Positions 48,660 through 58,253 of a stretch of 64,000 bases of DNA are shown piece by piece. The number at the start of each line of letters is the position of its first letter. The stretch's first letter is position 1. The stretch is from an uncultured beta proteobacterium (GTDB lineage: Bacteria > Pseudomonadota > Gammaproteobacteria > Burkholderiales > SG8-39): assembly GCA_963789885.1 (NCBI GenBank), contig CAWBNB010000010.1:334312-398311 (forward strand), given 5' to 3'. The position numbers were made by a program, and so were the translations under genes. The notes under the pieces were generated by a model that was not told the origin of the DNA, searched no databases, and saw only the letters and a list, made by a program, of their open reading frames with translations.

Positions 48660-49657
48660 CGCGTACCCTCGCTCTCCGCGGCAGCCTCGGGCGGGACGCC
48701 GGCGGCGCCCGCCGTCCGCCGCCGGGCTGGGCGGGTGAGCCGGTCGGCGAGGCCGAGCAGGCCGGTGGGTGAAAACGCCATCAGGACTATCACTAGGACC
48801 GCGTACCCCATCAGGTAGAACCCCTGGGTGAAGCGCAGCCACTCGGGGAGCAGTACCGCCACGATCGCGCCGAGGAACGGGCCGAAGAAGTAGCCGGAGC
48901 CGCCGAGGACGACCATCAGCAGCAGGTTGAGCGACAGCCCGAGCGCGAAGGGCGTCGGATCGACGAACTGCAAGAGCGGCGCATAGAGCGCGCCGGAGAT
49001 ACCGCCGAGGCCCGCGCCGATGGCGAATGCGACCAGCGTATAGCGGCGCGTATCGACGCCGAGCGAGAGCGCGCGGATCGGGTTTTCGCGCAGCGCGACG
49101 AAAGCGCGCCCCCAGGGCGAGCGGATGAGCCACCAGGTCGCGGCCGACACGAGCGCGAGGTGCGCGAGGCAGAAGTAGTAGAACGCGAGCGGCGAGTTCA
49201 TCGACAGACCGAGCACGCTCGGGCGCGGCACGTTGCTGATGCCGTAGATGCCGCCGGTCAGCCATTCCTCGTTGCGGAAGATGAGGTAGACGAGCGTGTT
49301 GAACGCGAGCGTCACGAACGCGAGATAGTGGTGCTGCACGCGCAGCGCCGGGTAGCCGAGCACCCAGCCGACCGCGAAGCACGAGACGCCGCCGAACACG
49401 TAGGTGGGCCAGAACGGCCAGCCCTTCGTGGTCAGGTAGGCAGTGATGTAAGCACCGATCCCGACGAACGCGGCCTGCGCGAGCGAGATCTGCCCGGCGT
49501 AGCCGAGCGTCAGGTTGAGGCCGATGGCGGCGATCGTCATCACCGCCCACATGCTGAGGATGAAGATGCCGTAGGGCTTCAGCCCGAACGGCGCCACCAG
49601 CAGGAACGCGCCGGCGGACGCGAGCACGATGGCGGCGGCGAGGCGCCGGTTCTTCAA
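48656..49657 (-). CDS. livM: branched-chain amino acid-type ABC permease
   Basis: GYAGQISLAQAAF, YLAFVTL and SPWGRA..ALREN; TTG start overlaps the livH stop. Confidence 0.85.
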   Translation of the reverse strand: MKNRRLAAAIVLASAGAFLLVAPFGLKPYGIFILSMWAVMTIAAIGLNLTLGYAGQISLAQAAFVGIGAYITAYLTTKGWPFWPTYVFGGVSCFAVGWVLGYPALRVQHHYLAFVTLAFNTLVYLIFRNEEWLTGGIYGISNVPRPSVLGLSMNSPLAFYYFCLAHLALVSAATWWLIRSPWGRAFVALRENPIRALSLGVDTRRYTLVAFAIGAGLGGISGALYAPLLQFVDPTPFALGLSLNLLLMVVLGGSGYFFGPFLGAIVAVLLPEWLRFTQGFYLMGYAVLVIVLMAFSPTGLLGLADRLTRPARRRTAGAAGVPPEAAAESEGTR

Positions 49658-50532
49658 ACCGTGCGCTCCTCGACCCGGCCGAGCAGGCCCTGGGGTCGGA
49701 ACAGGATGACGACGATCAGGATCATGAGCGGGATCGCCATCCGGTACTGCGAGGAGATGTAGGCAGCGGCGAAGTTGTCGACGACGCCGAGCAGCAGGCC
49801 GCCGACGATCGCCCCGCGCACCTGATTGAAGCCGCCGATGATCGCGGCGATGAAGGCGTACAGGCCGAGCCATTCGCCATTCGTGAACTTGGCGAGGTAG
49901 ATCGGCGTGATCAGAAGCGACGCGACCCAGACGAGCGCGCCGTTGATCAGGAACGTGTAAAGGATCATCCGCTCGACCCGAACGCCGAGGAGACGGGCGA
50001 CGGTGGGGTTCTGTGCCGTCGCCTGCATGCAGCGCCCGGTGCGCGTGCCGTTGAGGAAGAGCTGCAGCGCGGCGACGACCGCGATGCAGATCGCGAGGAT
50101 GAGGAGGCTCTGGATCGAGAATACGGCGCCGAGGACGGCGACGTCGGTGGTGGCCGCGAGCGCCGGGAACGGCCACGCGTCGGCGCCGTAGAACTCGCGC
50201 ACCGCTTCCTTCATGAGGATGGCGAGCCCGATGGTGGCGATCACGAGCGGCAGCACTCCGTGCCGGATCAGCGGGTCGACCATCCACTTCTTGAAGAGGA
50301 GGCCGAGGACGACGACGGACACGACGCCACCGACCGCCACCGCGGGCCAGAACGGCAGCCCAAAATGGCCCATCGCGATCAGCACGAAGAACGCCGGCAG
50401 CATGACGAACTCGCCCTGGGCGAAGTTGATCGTCTGCGAGGTCTGCCAGAGGAGCGTGAAGCCGACCGCGACCAGCGCGTAGATCCCGCCGGTCGCGAGA
50501 CCGGCGACGAGGAGCTGGAGGATGTCGGCCAA
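49654..50532 (-). CDS. livH: branched-chain amino acid-type ABC permease
   Basis: YALVAVGF, INFAQGE, AAIIGG and RPQGLLG. Confidence 0.88.
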   Translation of the reverse strand: MADILQLLVAGLATGGIYALVAVGFTLLWQTSQTINFAQGEFVMLPAFFVLIAMGHFGLPFWPAVAVGGVVSVVVLGLLFKKWMVDPLIRHGVLPLVIATIGLAILMKEAVREFYGADAWPFPALAATTDVAVLGAVFSIQSLLILAICIAVVAALQLFLNGTRTGRCMQATAQNPTVARLLGVRVERMILYTFLINGALVWVASLLITPIYLAKFTNGEWLGLYAFIAAIIGGFNQVRGAIVGGLLLGVVDNFAAAYISSQYRMAIPLMILIVVILFRPQGLLGRVEERTV

Positions 50533-50611
50533 GGTCGGCGGCGTCCCAAACGGCGACCGGCGCTACTCTCAGCGCCGGTCGCCTGGACTTCCGGGAGGCA
50601 GGGTTGCCCGG

Positions 50612-51748
50612 TTACTTGCCGAGCTTCGGCAGCACCTTGCTGATGTTCTGCTTGCCGTTCACCACTTCGGCGAGGAAGCTGATGCGGTCGATCTCGCCGA
50701 CGTTGTCCCAGGTCGTTTCCATCAGGATGCCGGGCTCCTCTTTCGGCGTGATCGTCAGCCCGTGCATGACCTTGGCGAGCCCTTTGCGGTCGAACTTGCC
50801 CAGCTTCTTCTCGGTGACGTACTTCACCGCGTAGACCGCGGTGTAGCCCTTGATGCCGTTGTGGTCGGGCTTGTAATTGAAGCGCTTCTGGAAGCGTGCC
50901 GCGAACTCGGTGACCGCCGGGATCGGCGCGTCGGCGGTCAGGCCGACGTGACCGACGACGCCGTTCGCCGCCTCCGCCGCGAGCTCGATCGTCTTCTGGC
51001 TGAGCAGCGTCGTGTCGCCGACGAACGGCCCCTTGAGCCCCTGCTTCCGCGCCTCGCGCATGATCCGCGCGCACTCTTCCTCGTTGCTGTACACGAAGAC
51101 CGCGTCGGCGTTGGCCGCCTTGAGCTTGACGACGTCGGCCGCGAAGTCGACCTGGCCGGACTCGGTGGACACGTCGGCGACGAGCTTGATGTTGCGCGCG
51201 GCGAGCTCCTTCATCAGTTTGTCGCGACCGCCCTTGCCGAAGTCGTTGTTCACCCAGATCAGCGCGACCGTCTTCGCCTTGAGCTCGTCGCGGATGTAGT
51301 TGGCGATCTTCGGCATGCCGATCTGCTGGCCGAACGAGGTCCGGAAGAGGTACGGGCTGCCGAGCGTGGTCAGCTCCGCCGCCTCGCCGCCGATGAAGTC
51401 CGGGATTTCCGCCTGCTGGACCATCTGCAGGGTCACCTTCACGTTGCCCGAGAAGATCGGTCCGAGGATGACATAGGGATCACCGTCGATCGCCTTCTGC
51501 ATCTGCGAGCGCGCGACGCCGGGGTTGGTCTGCGTGTCGTAGAGCGTGAGGACGATCTTGTCCTTGAGGATGCCGCCCTTGGCGTTGATCTCCTCGACCG
51601 CGAGGATGACGCCGTCGCGGAAGTTGCCGCCGGACACGGCGATCGAGCCCGAGATCTCGCCGACGTAGGCCATCTTGACGTCGGCGGCCCCCGCGGCGCC
51701 CGACAGCAGCGCTGCCGCAAGAGCCAATACAAATTTCGACCTGCTCAT
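50612..51748 (-). CDS. LivJ/K-type periplasmic binding protein
   Basis: Signal peptide; LAVEEINAKGG, NNDFGKGG and YLFRTS. Confidence 0.9.
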   Translation of the reverse strand: MSRSKFVLALAAALLSGAAGAADVKMAYVGEISGSIAVSGGNFRDGVILAVEEINAKGGILKDKIVLTLYDTQTNPGVARSQMQKAIDGDPYVILGPIFSGNVKVTLQMVQQAEIPDFIGGEAAELTTLGSPYLFRTSFGQQIGMPKIANYIRDELKAKTVALIWVNNDFGKGGRDKLMKELAARNIKLVADVSTESGQVDFAADVVKLKAANADAVFVYSNEEECARIMREARKQGLKGPFVGDTTLLSQKTIELAAEAANGVVGHVGLTADAPIPAVTEFAARFQKRFNYKPDHNGIKGYTAVYAVKYVTEKKLGKFDRKGLAKVMHGLTITPKEEPGILMETTWDNVGEIDRISFLAEVVNGKQNISKVLPKLGK

Positions 51749-51996
51749 GGCACCCTCCTCCTGGATAACTGAACGACGTACGCGTTCGATTCGAAAATGC
51801 TGACGGTTCGGCCGCGAGACTCTACCACCGACCCGGCACGCTTCATGTATTGCGTCGGGGCTGCGCCGTCCGCGGCCCCAAGCGCGGCTCGTATGGGACG
51901 GCCGCGCTCGCGCCAAGTGGGCAGGGCGGTCGCGACGCAGTGCAGCATCGAGCGATCAGAGACCGCCTCACTCCCGACTCTTAAGGCACCAAGACG

Positions 51997-53055
51997 ATGA
52001 AAACGATCACCCTGATTCCCGGCGACGGCATCGGCCCCGAGGTCACCGCCGCGGCGTGCGCCGTCGTCGACGCGAGCGGTGCCGCCATAGCCTGGGAGGA
52101 AGCCCCGGCCGGCATGAAAGTGGGACTGGATTCCGGCAATCCGTTGCCGGAGTCGGTGTTCGCGTCGCTCGAGCGCAACCGGGTGGCGCTCAAGGGACCG
52201 ACGCAGACGCCCTTCGGCGAACCCTACCGGGTCTGGCGCGACGTGCGCGAGCCCGGTGGCAAGTCCGCAACCCGCACCTACCCCAGCGTGACCATCGCGC
52301 TGAGGCGCGAGTTCGAGCTCTTCGCCAACGTGCGCCCGGTCAAGAACTATCCGAACGCCGGTGGCCGCTACCAGGGCGTGGACATCGTGCTGTTCCGCGA
52401 GAACAGCGAGGATCTCTACCTCGGCCTCGAGCGCATGGCCGATCCGGACACGGCCGAGGCCACGAAACGCATCACGCGCGCAGGATGCGTACGGATCGCC
52501 CGCTTCGCCGCCGACTACATGCGGCGCACCGGCCGGAAGCGCGTCACCATCGGACACAAGTCGAACGTGCTCAAGCTCACCGACGGAATGTTCCTCAAGG
52601 TGTGCGAGGAGACGCTCGCCGCGAGCCCCGGGATCGAAGTCGATAGCCGCGTGATCGACGCGCTCTGCATGGAGCTCGTCGTCAAGCCCGAGGCGTTCGA
52701 CTGCCTGCTGCTACCCAACCTGTACGGCGACATCGTCTCCGACCTCGCGGCCGGGCTGGTGGGCGGTCTCGGCATCGCGCCGGGCGCGAACATCGGCGCG
52801 AACCACGTCATCTTCGAAGCGGTGCACGGCAGCGCGCCCGACATCGCCGGGCGCGACATTGCAAATCCCATATCGATGATCCTGTCGGCGGTGATGATGC
52901 TTCGCTACCTCGGCGAAGGTGCCGCGGCCGACCGCATCGAGCAGGCGCTAGGCACGGTGCTCGCGGCCGGCCGGGCGCTGACGCGCGACCTCGGCGGCAG
53001 CGCGGGCACCGCGGCAATGACGGCGGCGATCGTCGGGGAGCTGAAGCGGCGCTGA
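51997..53055 (+). CDS. isocitrate/isopropylmalate (beta-decarboxylating) dehydrogenase family
   Basis: IPGDGIGPEV, RENSEDLY, HKSN, NLYGDIVSD and EAVHGSAPDIAG. Confidence 0.9.
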   Translation: MKTITLIPGDGIGPEVTAAACAVVDASGAAIAWEEAPAGMKVGLDSGNPLPESVFASLERNRVALKGPTQTPFGEPYRVWRDVREPGGKSATRTYPSVTIALRREFELFANVRPVKNYPNAGGRYQGVDIVLFRENSEDLYLGLERMADPDTAEATKRITRAGCVRIARFAADYMRRTGRKRVTIGHKSNVLKLTDGMFLKVCEETLAASPGIEVDSRVIDALCMELVVKPEAFDCLLLPNLYGDIVSDLAAGLVGGLGIAPGANIGANHVIFEAVHGSAPDIAGRDIANPISMILSAVMMLRYLGEGAAADRIEQALGTVLAAGRALTRDLGGSAGTAAMTAAIVGELKRR

Positions 53056-53281
53056 CGGTTCGGTGACGCGAGACGCGTCGCGCGCTTCCCGTCGACGCGC
53101 TGACAGCGCACGGCCCCGTACGGCCGTTGGTATCCCACCCGGGAGAGGAATTTCTGCCCGCGGCCACGCCCGGCCTACGCCAAAAGGCCGACCCACGGTC
53201 TATTTGAACGGTCCCGCGGCGGGCTCAGAATCATCCGTTAAACTGGCCGCCGTGCGCAACGGCCGGTCGTCGAGGATGCAG

Positions 53282-55810
53282 ATGAACCGTCGATCGCCGT
53301 TCGCGCTGCCTGCCTTGGCCGCGCTCCTATTCCTCCTCTGCGCGCCGGCGTTCGCGCAGGGTGACCCGCTAGCCCTGCAGCAGCAGGCGATCCGCCGCAT
53401 CGATGCCTTCGTCGAGGCGTACCGCAAGACCGGCGACATGCGGTCGCGACTCGGCGACCTCGCCCTGGCCGAGCGGGAGCTGGCGGCGAGCAACCAGGCG
53501 CTGGCGGCGCGCGGCGACTGGAACGCCCTCGCGCTCGGTCTCATCAAGCAAGGGCACATCCCGCGCATGCAGGGCAACATGGCGCCGGCGATCACGCTGT
53601 ACCGCCAGGCCGGCGAGGCAGCGCGGCGCGGCGGCAGCGTCCTCCACCAGGCCGACGCGCTCGCCTGGAGCGGCCTCGCCGAGTCGTCGCGCAGCAACCT
53701 CGGCCAGGCGTTTGCGGACGCGACGCAGGCGGTGCGCCTCGCGGAGACGACCGGCGACAAGGATCTGCTCGCGCGGGCGCTCGACATCCTCGGCACCGTC
53801 CAGATCGGCCAGGGCAATCTCGCCGGCGCCGCGGACACGCTCAATCGCGAGGTCGAGATCGCTGCCCAGGCGAGCGATCCGATGGCGGCCTACTTCGCGT
53901 ACCTCAACCGCTCGGACGTCTACCTGAAGCTCGGCGTGAAGTGCGACTTCCAGCGCGAGTTCGCACCCTGCTACGCCGCGCTCGATCGCGCGCGCGCCGA
54001 CCTGCAGCAGGCCGCGGCCATCGCCCGGCGCCAGCAGTTCCCCGCGCTCGTCCGGCAGACCGAGCAGTTCCTCGCCGACCTCGAGTCCCGCCGCGCGCTC
54101 GTCAATTCGCAGGAAAGCATGCACCAGATGATGCAGAAGACCGGCATCTTCCGCCCGAAGAAGCCCGGCGACGTGCTGGTGACCGAGAAGTTCGTCGCCA
54201 CCCCCGGCCCGGTCCCGCCGGAGGTCGCGCAGATGTACGAGGCGAGCAAGCGCACCGAGCGCGCGGCGGGCGCTTTCGCGAGCGTCGTGGAAGCGCGCAG
54301 CCTCTACGTCGAGGGGATCATGAGCGAGATGCGCGGCGACAACGACGCGGCGCTCGGCTTCTACCTGAAAGCGGTCGACTCGCTGGAGCGCGACCGCCGT
54401 GCGCTCCGCGACGAGCGCAGCCGCGGCACGTTCCTCGAGGACCGGATCGGCTTCTACTACGCGCCGGTGCAGCAGTACCTCGAGCGCCGCCGCTACGCCG
54501 AGGCGTTCGAATTCGCCGAGCGCTCGCGCTCCCGCGCCATGGCCGATCTCCTCGCGAGCCGCAACCTCGGCCTCGCGCGGCCCGAAGAGCAGAAGCTGTA
54601 CGCCGAGTCGGTCACGCTGCGCACGCGCATCGCAGTATCGCAGGGCGAGCTCTTCGAGCTCGCGGCGGCGCCCGACGTCGCCAAGCACGGCCAGCGGATC
54701 GCGGCGCTGCAGGGCCAGATCCGCACGATGGAGTCCGACCAGCAGAAGCTCGCAGACCGGATCGCGGCCGAGGCGCCCCGGCTGCAGGAGCTGATGGTGT
54801 CGCAACCCGCGACGCTCGCAGCCCTGCAGCGATCGATGCGCGAGGAGCGCTACGAGATGCTGCAGTACCTCGTGCTCGAGCACGGGGTTATCGTCTGGCA
54901 CATCGCGGCGGACGCCGTGTTCGTGCGCAATGTGTTCCTGCCGCGCACCCAGGTGATCGCCAAGGTGCGCACGCTGCAGAAGAGCCTCGCCGACCGCAAC
55001 GCGAAGTTCGACGAGACGACGGCACGGGAGCTGTTCCTGTTCCTGATCCAGCCTGCGCTCGGGCAGATCCGGAGCGAGCGGCTCGTCATCGTTCCGCACG
55101 ACGATCTCGGCACCATCCCGTTCCAGGCGCTGCAGGACCCCGCCGACGGTCGGTTCCTCGGCGAGCGGTTCCAGATCTCCTACGCGCCGAGCGCCTCGGT
55201 GCTGCTCGCGCTGCGGCGCTCGCCGGGCGTCGCCGGCGGACGGCTGCTCGCGGTCGCCGATCCGGGGATCACCGCGGCGCGGCCCGAGGTCGAGGCGATC
55301 GCGAAGCTCTTCCCCGGCCGCAGCAAGGTGGTGACCGACGAGCTCGCGCGGAAAGCGGACGTCAAGGCCTGGGTCCGCGACTTCGACGTCATCCACCTCT
55401 CGGTGCACGGCAAGTTCAACGCCGGCGAGCCGTTGCTCTCGTACCTAAACCTCCAGCGAGGCGGCGGTGACGACGGCCGGCTGACCGCGGCGGAGATGTT
55501 CGGCCTCCCGCTCGACAAGAGCCGCGTCGTGGTGCTTTCGGCGTGCGAGACCGGCCGCGCCGAGGCGACGTACGGCAACGAGCTCCTCGGGATGGTCCGC
55601 GCGCTGATCTACGCCGGCGCGGGGACGCTCGTCCTGTCGTACTGGGAGGTCGACTCGGCGGCGACGGCGCTCTGGATGCAGACCTTCTACGAGGTGGCGC
55701 ACTCGCGCCCGGTGCCGGAGGCCGCGCGCGCGGCGCTCGTCCGCGTCAAAGGAAGACCCGAGTTCAGCCACCCCTACTACTGGGCGGCGTTCGCGATGAC
55801 CGGGCGCTGA
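53282..55810 (+). CDS. exported TPR-CHAT domain (caspase-like) cysteine protease
   Basis: Signal peptide ending APAFA-Q; TPR-like helices; IVPH..L..IPF.AL, YAPSAS, IHLSVHG (His), VVLSACETG (Cys) and HPYYWAAF. Confidence 0.9.
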   Translation: MNRRSPFALPALAALLFLLCAPAFAQGDPLALQQQAIRRIDAFVEAYRKTGDMRSRLGDLALAERELAASNQALAARGDWNALALGLIKQGHIPRMQGNMAPAITLYRQAGEAARRGGSVLHQADALAWSGLAESSRSNLGQAFADATQAVRLAETTGDKDLLARALDILGTVQIGQGNLAGAADTLNREVEIAAQASDPMAAYFAYLNRSDVYLKLGVKCDFQREFAPCYAALDRARADLQQAAAIARRQQFPALVRQTEQFLADLESRRALVNSQESMHQMMQKTGIFRPKKPGDVLVTEKFVATPGPVPPEVAQMYEASKRTERAAGAFASVVEARSLYVEGIMSEMRGDNDAALGFYLKAVDSLERDRRALRDERSRGTFLEDRIGFYYAPVQQYLERRRYAEAFEFAERSRSRAMADLLASRNLGLARPEEQKLYAESVTLRTRIAVSQGELFELAAAPDVAKHGQRIAALQGQIRTMESDQQKLADRIAAEAPRLQELMVSQPATLAALQRSMREERYEMLQYLVLEHGVIVWHIAADAVFVRNVFLPRTQVIAKVRTLQKSLADRNAKFDETTARELFLFLIQPALGQIRSERLVIVPHDDLGTIPFQALQDPADGRFLGERFQISYAPSASVLLALRRSPGVAGGRLLAVADPGITAARPEVEAIAKLFPGRSKVVTDELARKADVKAWVRDFDVIHLSVHGKFNAGEPLLSYLNLQRGGGDDGRLTAAEMFGLPLDKSRVVVLSACETGRAEATYGNELLGMVRALIYAGAGTLVLSYWEVDSAATALWMQTFYEVAHSRPVPEAARAALVRVKGRPEFSHPYYWAAFAMTGR

Positions 55811-55821
55811 GCGAAGTCCGG

Positions 55822-56694
55822 ATGTCGGAGCTGCTGCACAAGCTGAACGACGGGATCAAGTCGGTTGGGGGCGACTGGAGCAAGTACACGGTCGTCGGCA
55901 GCTTCCTGCTGTACGTGGTCGGCTATCTCGCGCTGCGCTTTCATCTCACCGCGATCGGGATCGGCACCGACCTCGCGGTGCTCGACGAGCGCTATCTCTT
56001 CACCGGCGCGCGCTTCCTTGTCTATCTCGTCTCGAGCGTGCCCAACATCGTGCTCGCCGGCCTGCCGCTCGCGGCGCTCGCGTGGGGCGTTCATCGGCTC
56101 CTGCCGGAGGGCGCGCGGGCAGGCGTGTGCGCGTCGGTCCTGCGTCCTGCGCGGCTTACGCTCCTCGGCATTCTGTTCGCCGTGTTGATGATCCAGTTCG
56201 TGATGCGGCAATGCTTTTTTCTGAGCGACCTGCTACTCGCCCGCAGCCTCCCGGCGGAGCCGGCATGGCTCGTCGAGCTGATGCTCGACGGCCGGTTGAT
56301 GCCGCTCTACTTCAGCGGCCTCGTCGCGGGCTGCACCGTGCCGATCGCGATCCTCTGGGCGCTGCGCAACGCGCCCGTCACGGGTTCGGGCGACGCGTTC
56401 GGACGCGGGCTGCTCGCGTTTCTCGCGGCGGTGCAGGTGCTGCTGCTCCCGATCAACTACGGCGTACTCATCGCCGACAAAACGCTGGCCCGCGTCGCCT
56501 GGCTCGGCGACCGGGCGCTCAGGGAGGGCGAGGAGGCGTGGCTCGTCTGGGAAGGCAAGGAAGGCGTGACCTTCCTCGTTCGCGATGGCGCGCTCAAGCG
56601 GCGGTCGCTCCTCACGTTGCAGCGTAGCAAGGTCGAAAAGCTGGAGATCGTCGGCTTCGATCGCATCCTGCCGACGCTGTTCGGCGCGAGATAA
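55822..56694 (+). CDS. hypothetical multi-pass membrane protein (about 5 TM plus C-terminal beta domain)
   Basis: Starts 11 bp after the CHAT stop; five hydrophobic segments; soluble AWLVWEGKEGVTFL C-terminus. Confidence 0.8.
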   Translation: MSELLHKLNDGIKSVGGDWSKYTVVGSFLLYVVGYLALRFHLTAIGIGTDLAVLDERYLFTGARFLVYLVSSVPNIVLAGLPLAALAWGVHRLLPEGARAGVCASVLRPARLTLLGILFAVLMIQFVMRQCFFLSDLLLARSLPAEPAWLVELMLDGRLMPLYFSGLVAGCTVPIAILWALRNAPVTGSGDAFGRGLLAFLAAVQVLLLPINYGVLIADKTLARVAWLGDRALREGEEAWLVWEGKEGVTFLVRDGALKRRSLLTLQRSKVEKLEIVGFDRILPTLFGAR

Positions 56695-56705
56695 GGGAGC
56701 AGGAC

Positions 56706-57413
56706 ATGATGCGGCGGGTCGTGCAGATACTCGGAGTGCTTGCACTCCTCGCGTTCGCCACGGCGGGGCACGCGGAGACGATGGTCGAGAAGCTTTTGCG
56801 GGTTTCCGGCCTCACCGCGTCGCCGGCGGAGATGCGCGGACCGGGCGATGAGCCCGAGGCGGGCGACGTCTGGGTGGTGAGCCCCGGCGGCGCGCCGGCC
56901 GCGCTGACCTCCGGCGGCGGTTACCGCTCGCCCGTCTTCTCGCCCGACGGCAGCGTTTTCGCGCTCAAGGGCGACGCGGTGGTTCGCGTCGCACCCGGCA
57001 GCGTCGCCACCCTGCAGAAGGTATCCGGTGCGCTGAAGCTCGTCGGCTTCGACGGCAGGAACGCGGACGAGGTTGTCGTCCTCCTCGACCGCGGCGGCGC
57101 GGGCTCGCCGCTCGGCGTGCTGTCCCTGAAGACCGGAAAGATGGCCACGTTGCCGTACGACGCCAAGTCCGACGGCGAGCGGCGCATGCTCGTGCAGATC
57201 CGCGGGCAGGAGCGCGTCTACGGCGACGCGAGCGTGTACGTCAAGACCGAAAGCAAGCGCGGCATGACGCGCGCGATCGAGTGGACCGACGTGTACCTGC
57301 GGCGGGGCAACCAGCCGCCGCAGAACGTCAGTACGTGCGACGGCGTGAACTGCGGTCAACCGGCGTTGTCGCCGGACGGGCGGCGCGTGGCGTTCGTGAA
57401 GTCGGGCGGCTAG
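56706..57413 (+). CDS. exported protein with PD40/TolB-like motifs
   Basis: Signal peptide ..AGHA-E; SPVFSPDG and QPALSPDGRRVAFV; C-terminal CDGVNC. Confidence 0.8.
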   Translation: MMRRVVQILGVLALLAFATAGHAETMVEKLLRVSGLTASPAEMRGPGDEPEAGDVWVVSPGGAPAALTSGGGYRSPVFSPDGSVFALKGDAVVRVAPGSVATLQKVSGALKLVGFDGRNADEVVVLLDRGGAGSPLGVLSLKTGKMATLPYDAKSDGERRMLVQIRGQERVYGDASVYVKTESKRGMTRAIEWTDVYLRRGNQPPQNVSTCDGVNCGQPALSPDGRRVAFVKSGG

Positions 57414-57557
57414 GAATGATGGGGACCAGGCGGGTCATGAAGGCGCCGCTTCCCGTTCAAGGGGAATCCTGCCGAGCGGATTGCCACTATTACCCGGTTC
57501 CGTCCGCGCATCGAGGCTAACCTGAAGTCAGGAAAACCCTGCTCCAGGAGTTTCGCC

Positions 57558-57902
57558 ATGAGACGTCTTGCCTTGATCCTGTCGCTCCTCGCGGTCAGCC
57601 CTGCGGCGTTCGCGGATCGCTATGTCTGGGTGAACGGCCAGCGCATGGCGCCGGCGCAGATCGCCTACCTCGAGCGGCTCCGCTGCGGGCCGATCCCCGA
57701 CGGGCGTTACTGGCTCGACACCGGCAGCGGCATCTGGGGCTACGCGAACAACCCGCGGCCGCAGGGGCACATCTCCGACAACTGCCGGCGGGCGCAGGCG
57801 GGCGGCGGCGGGCAGGCGATGAACCGCCGCGGGCCGTTCGGCGACTACATGAGCGACGGGCAGTGCTCGTTCGTGAACGGGGTGCCGGTCGGGCGGTGCT
57901 GA
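57558..57902 (+). CDS. small secreted Cys/Trp-rich protein
   Basis: AGGAG RBS; signal ..PAAFA-D; VWVNG...GPIPDGRYWLD..SGIWG; four Cys. Confidence 0.8.
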   Translation: MRRLALILSLLAVSPAAFADRYVWVNGQRMAPAQIAYLERLRCGPIPDGRYWLDTGSGIWGYANNPRPQGHISDNCRRAQAGGGGQAMNRRGPFGDYMSDGQCSFVNGVPVGRC

Positions 57903-58253
57903 AACTACGGCGCGGAATTGTCCTTAGCGTCGTTGTCTTGCTGGGGGGAGCGGGCTTGGCGTTGATGTGCTCAGCAGGAAGTTCGCGGGTCCCCTTCCCC
58001 TGTTAGTGCCGGATGCGGTGCCCACGGTCACTCCCTCTCGGGCAATGACGTGATCAGCTCACACGTCCGCTGTGAATCGACGGCACCGTCGAAGGACTGC
58101 TTTGCAACATCTTAACTGTACGACCGCTCCCGGCCCGATCAGCGACCCTAGCCCGACCGTCGCATAGCCACCCTTTGCTGCCTGTCGTGCTCAAGAGAAG
58201 CGGTCATTCGCGGCGCTGCAACGTGACCGCGCGGCACATCGTAAGCTCGCGGC

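Noticed and set aside
53369-55408. Long antisense and alternative-frame ORFs here and throughout the window
   Set aside because: Arg/Ala/Pro-rich shadow ORFs expected at ~70% GC, with no motifs.
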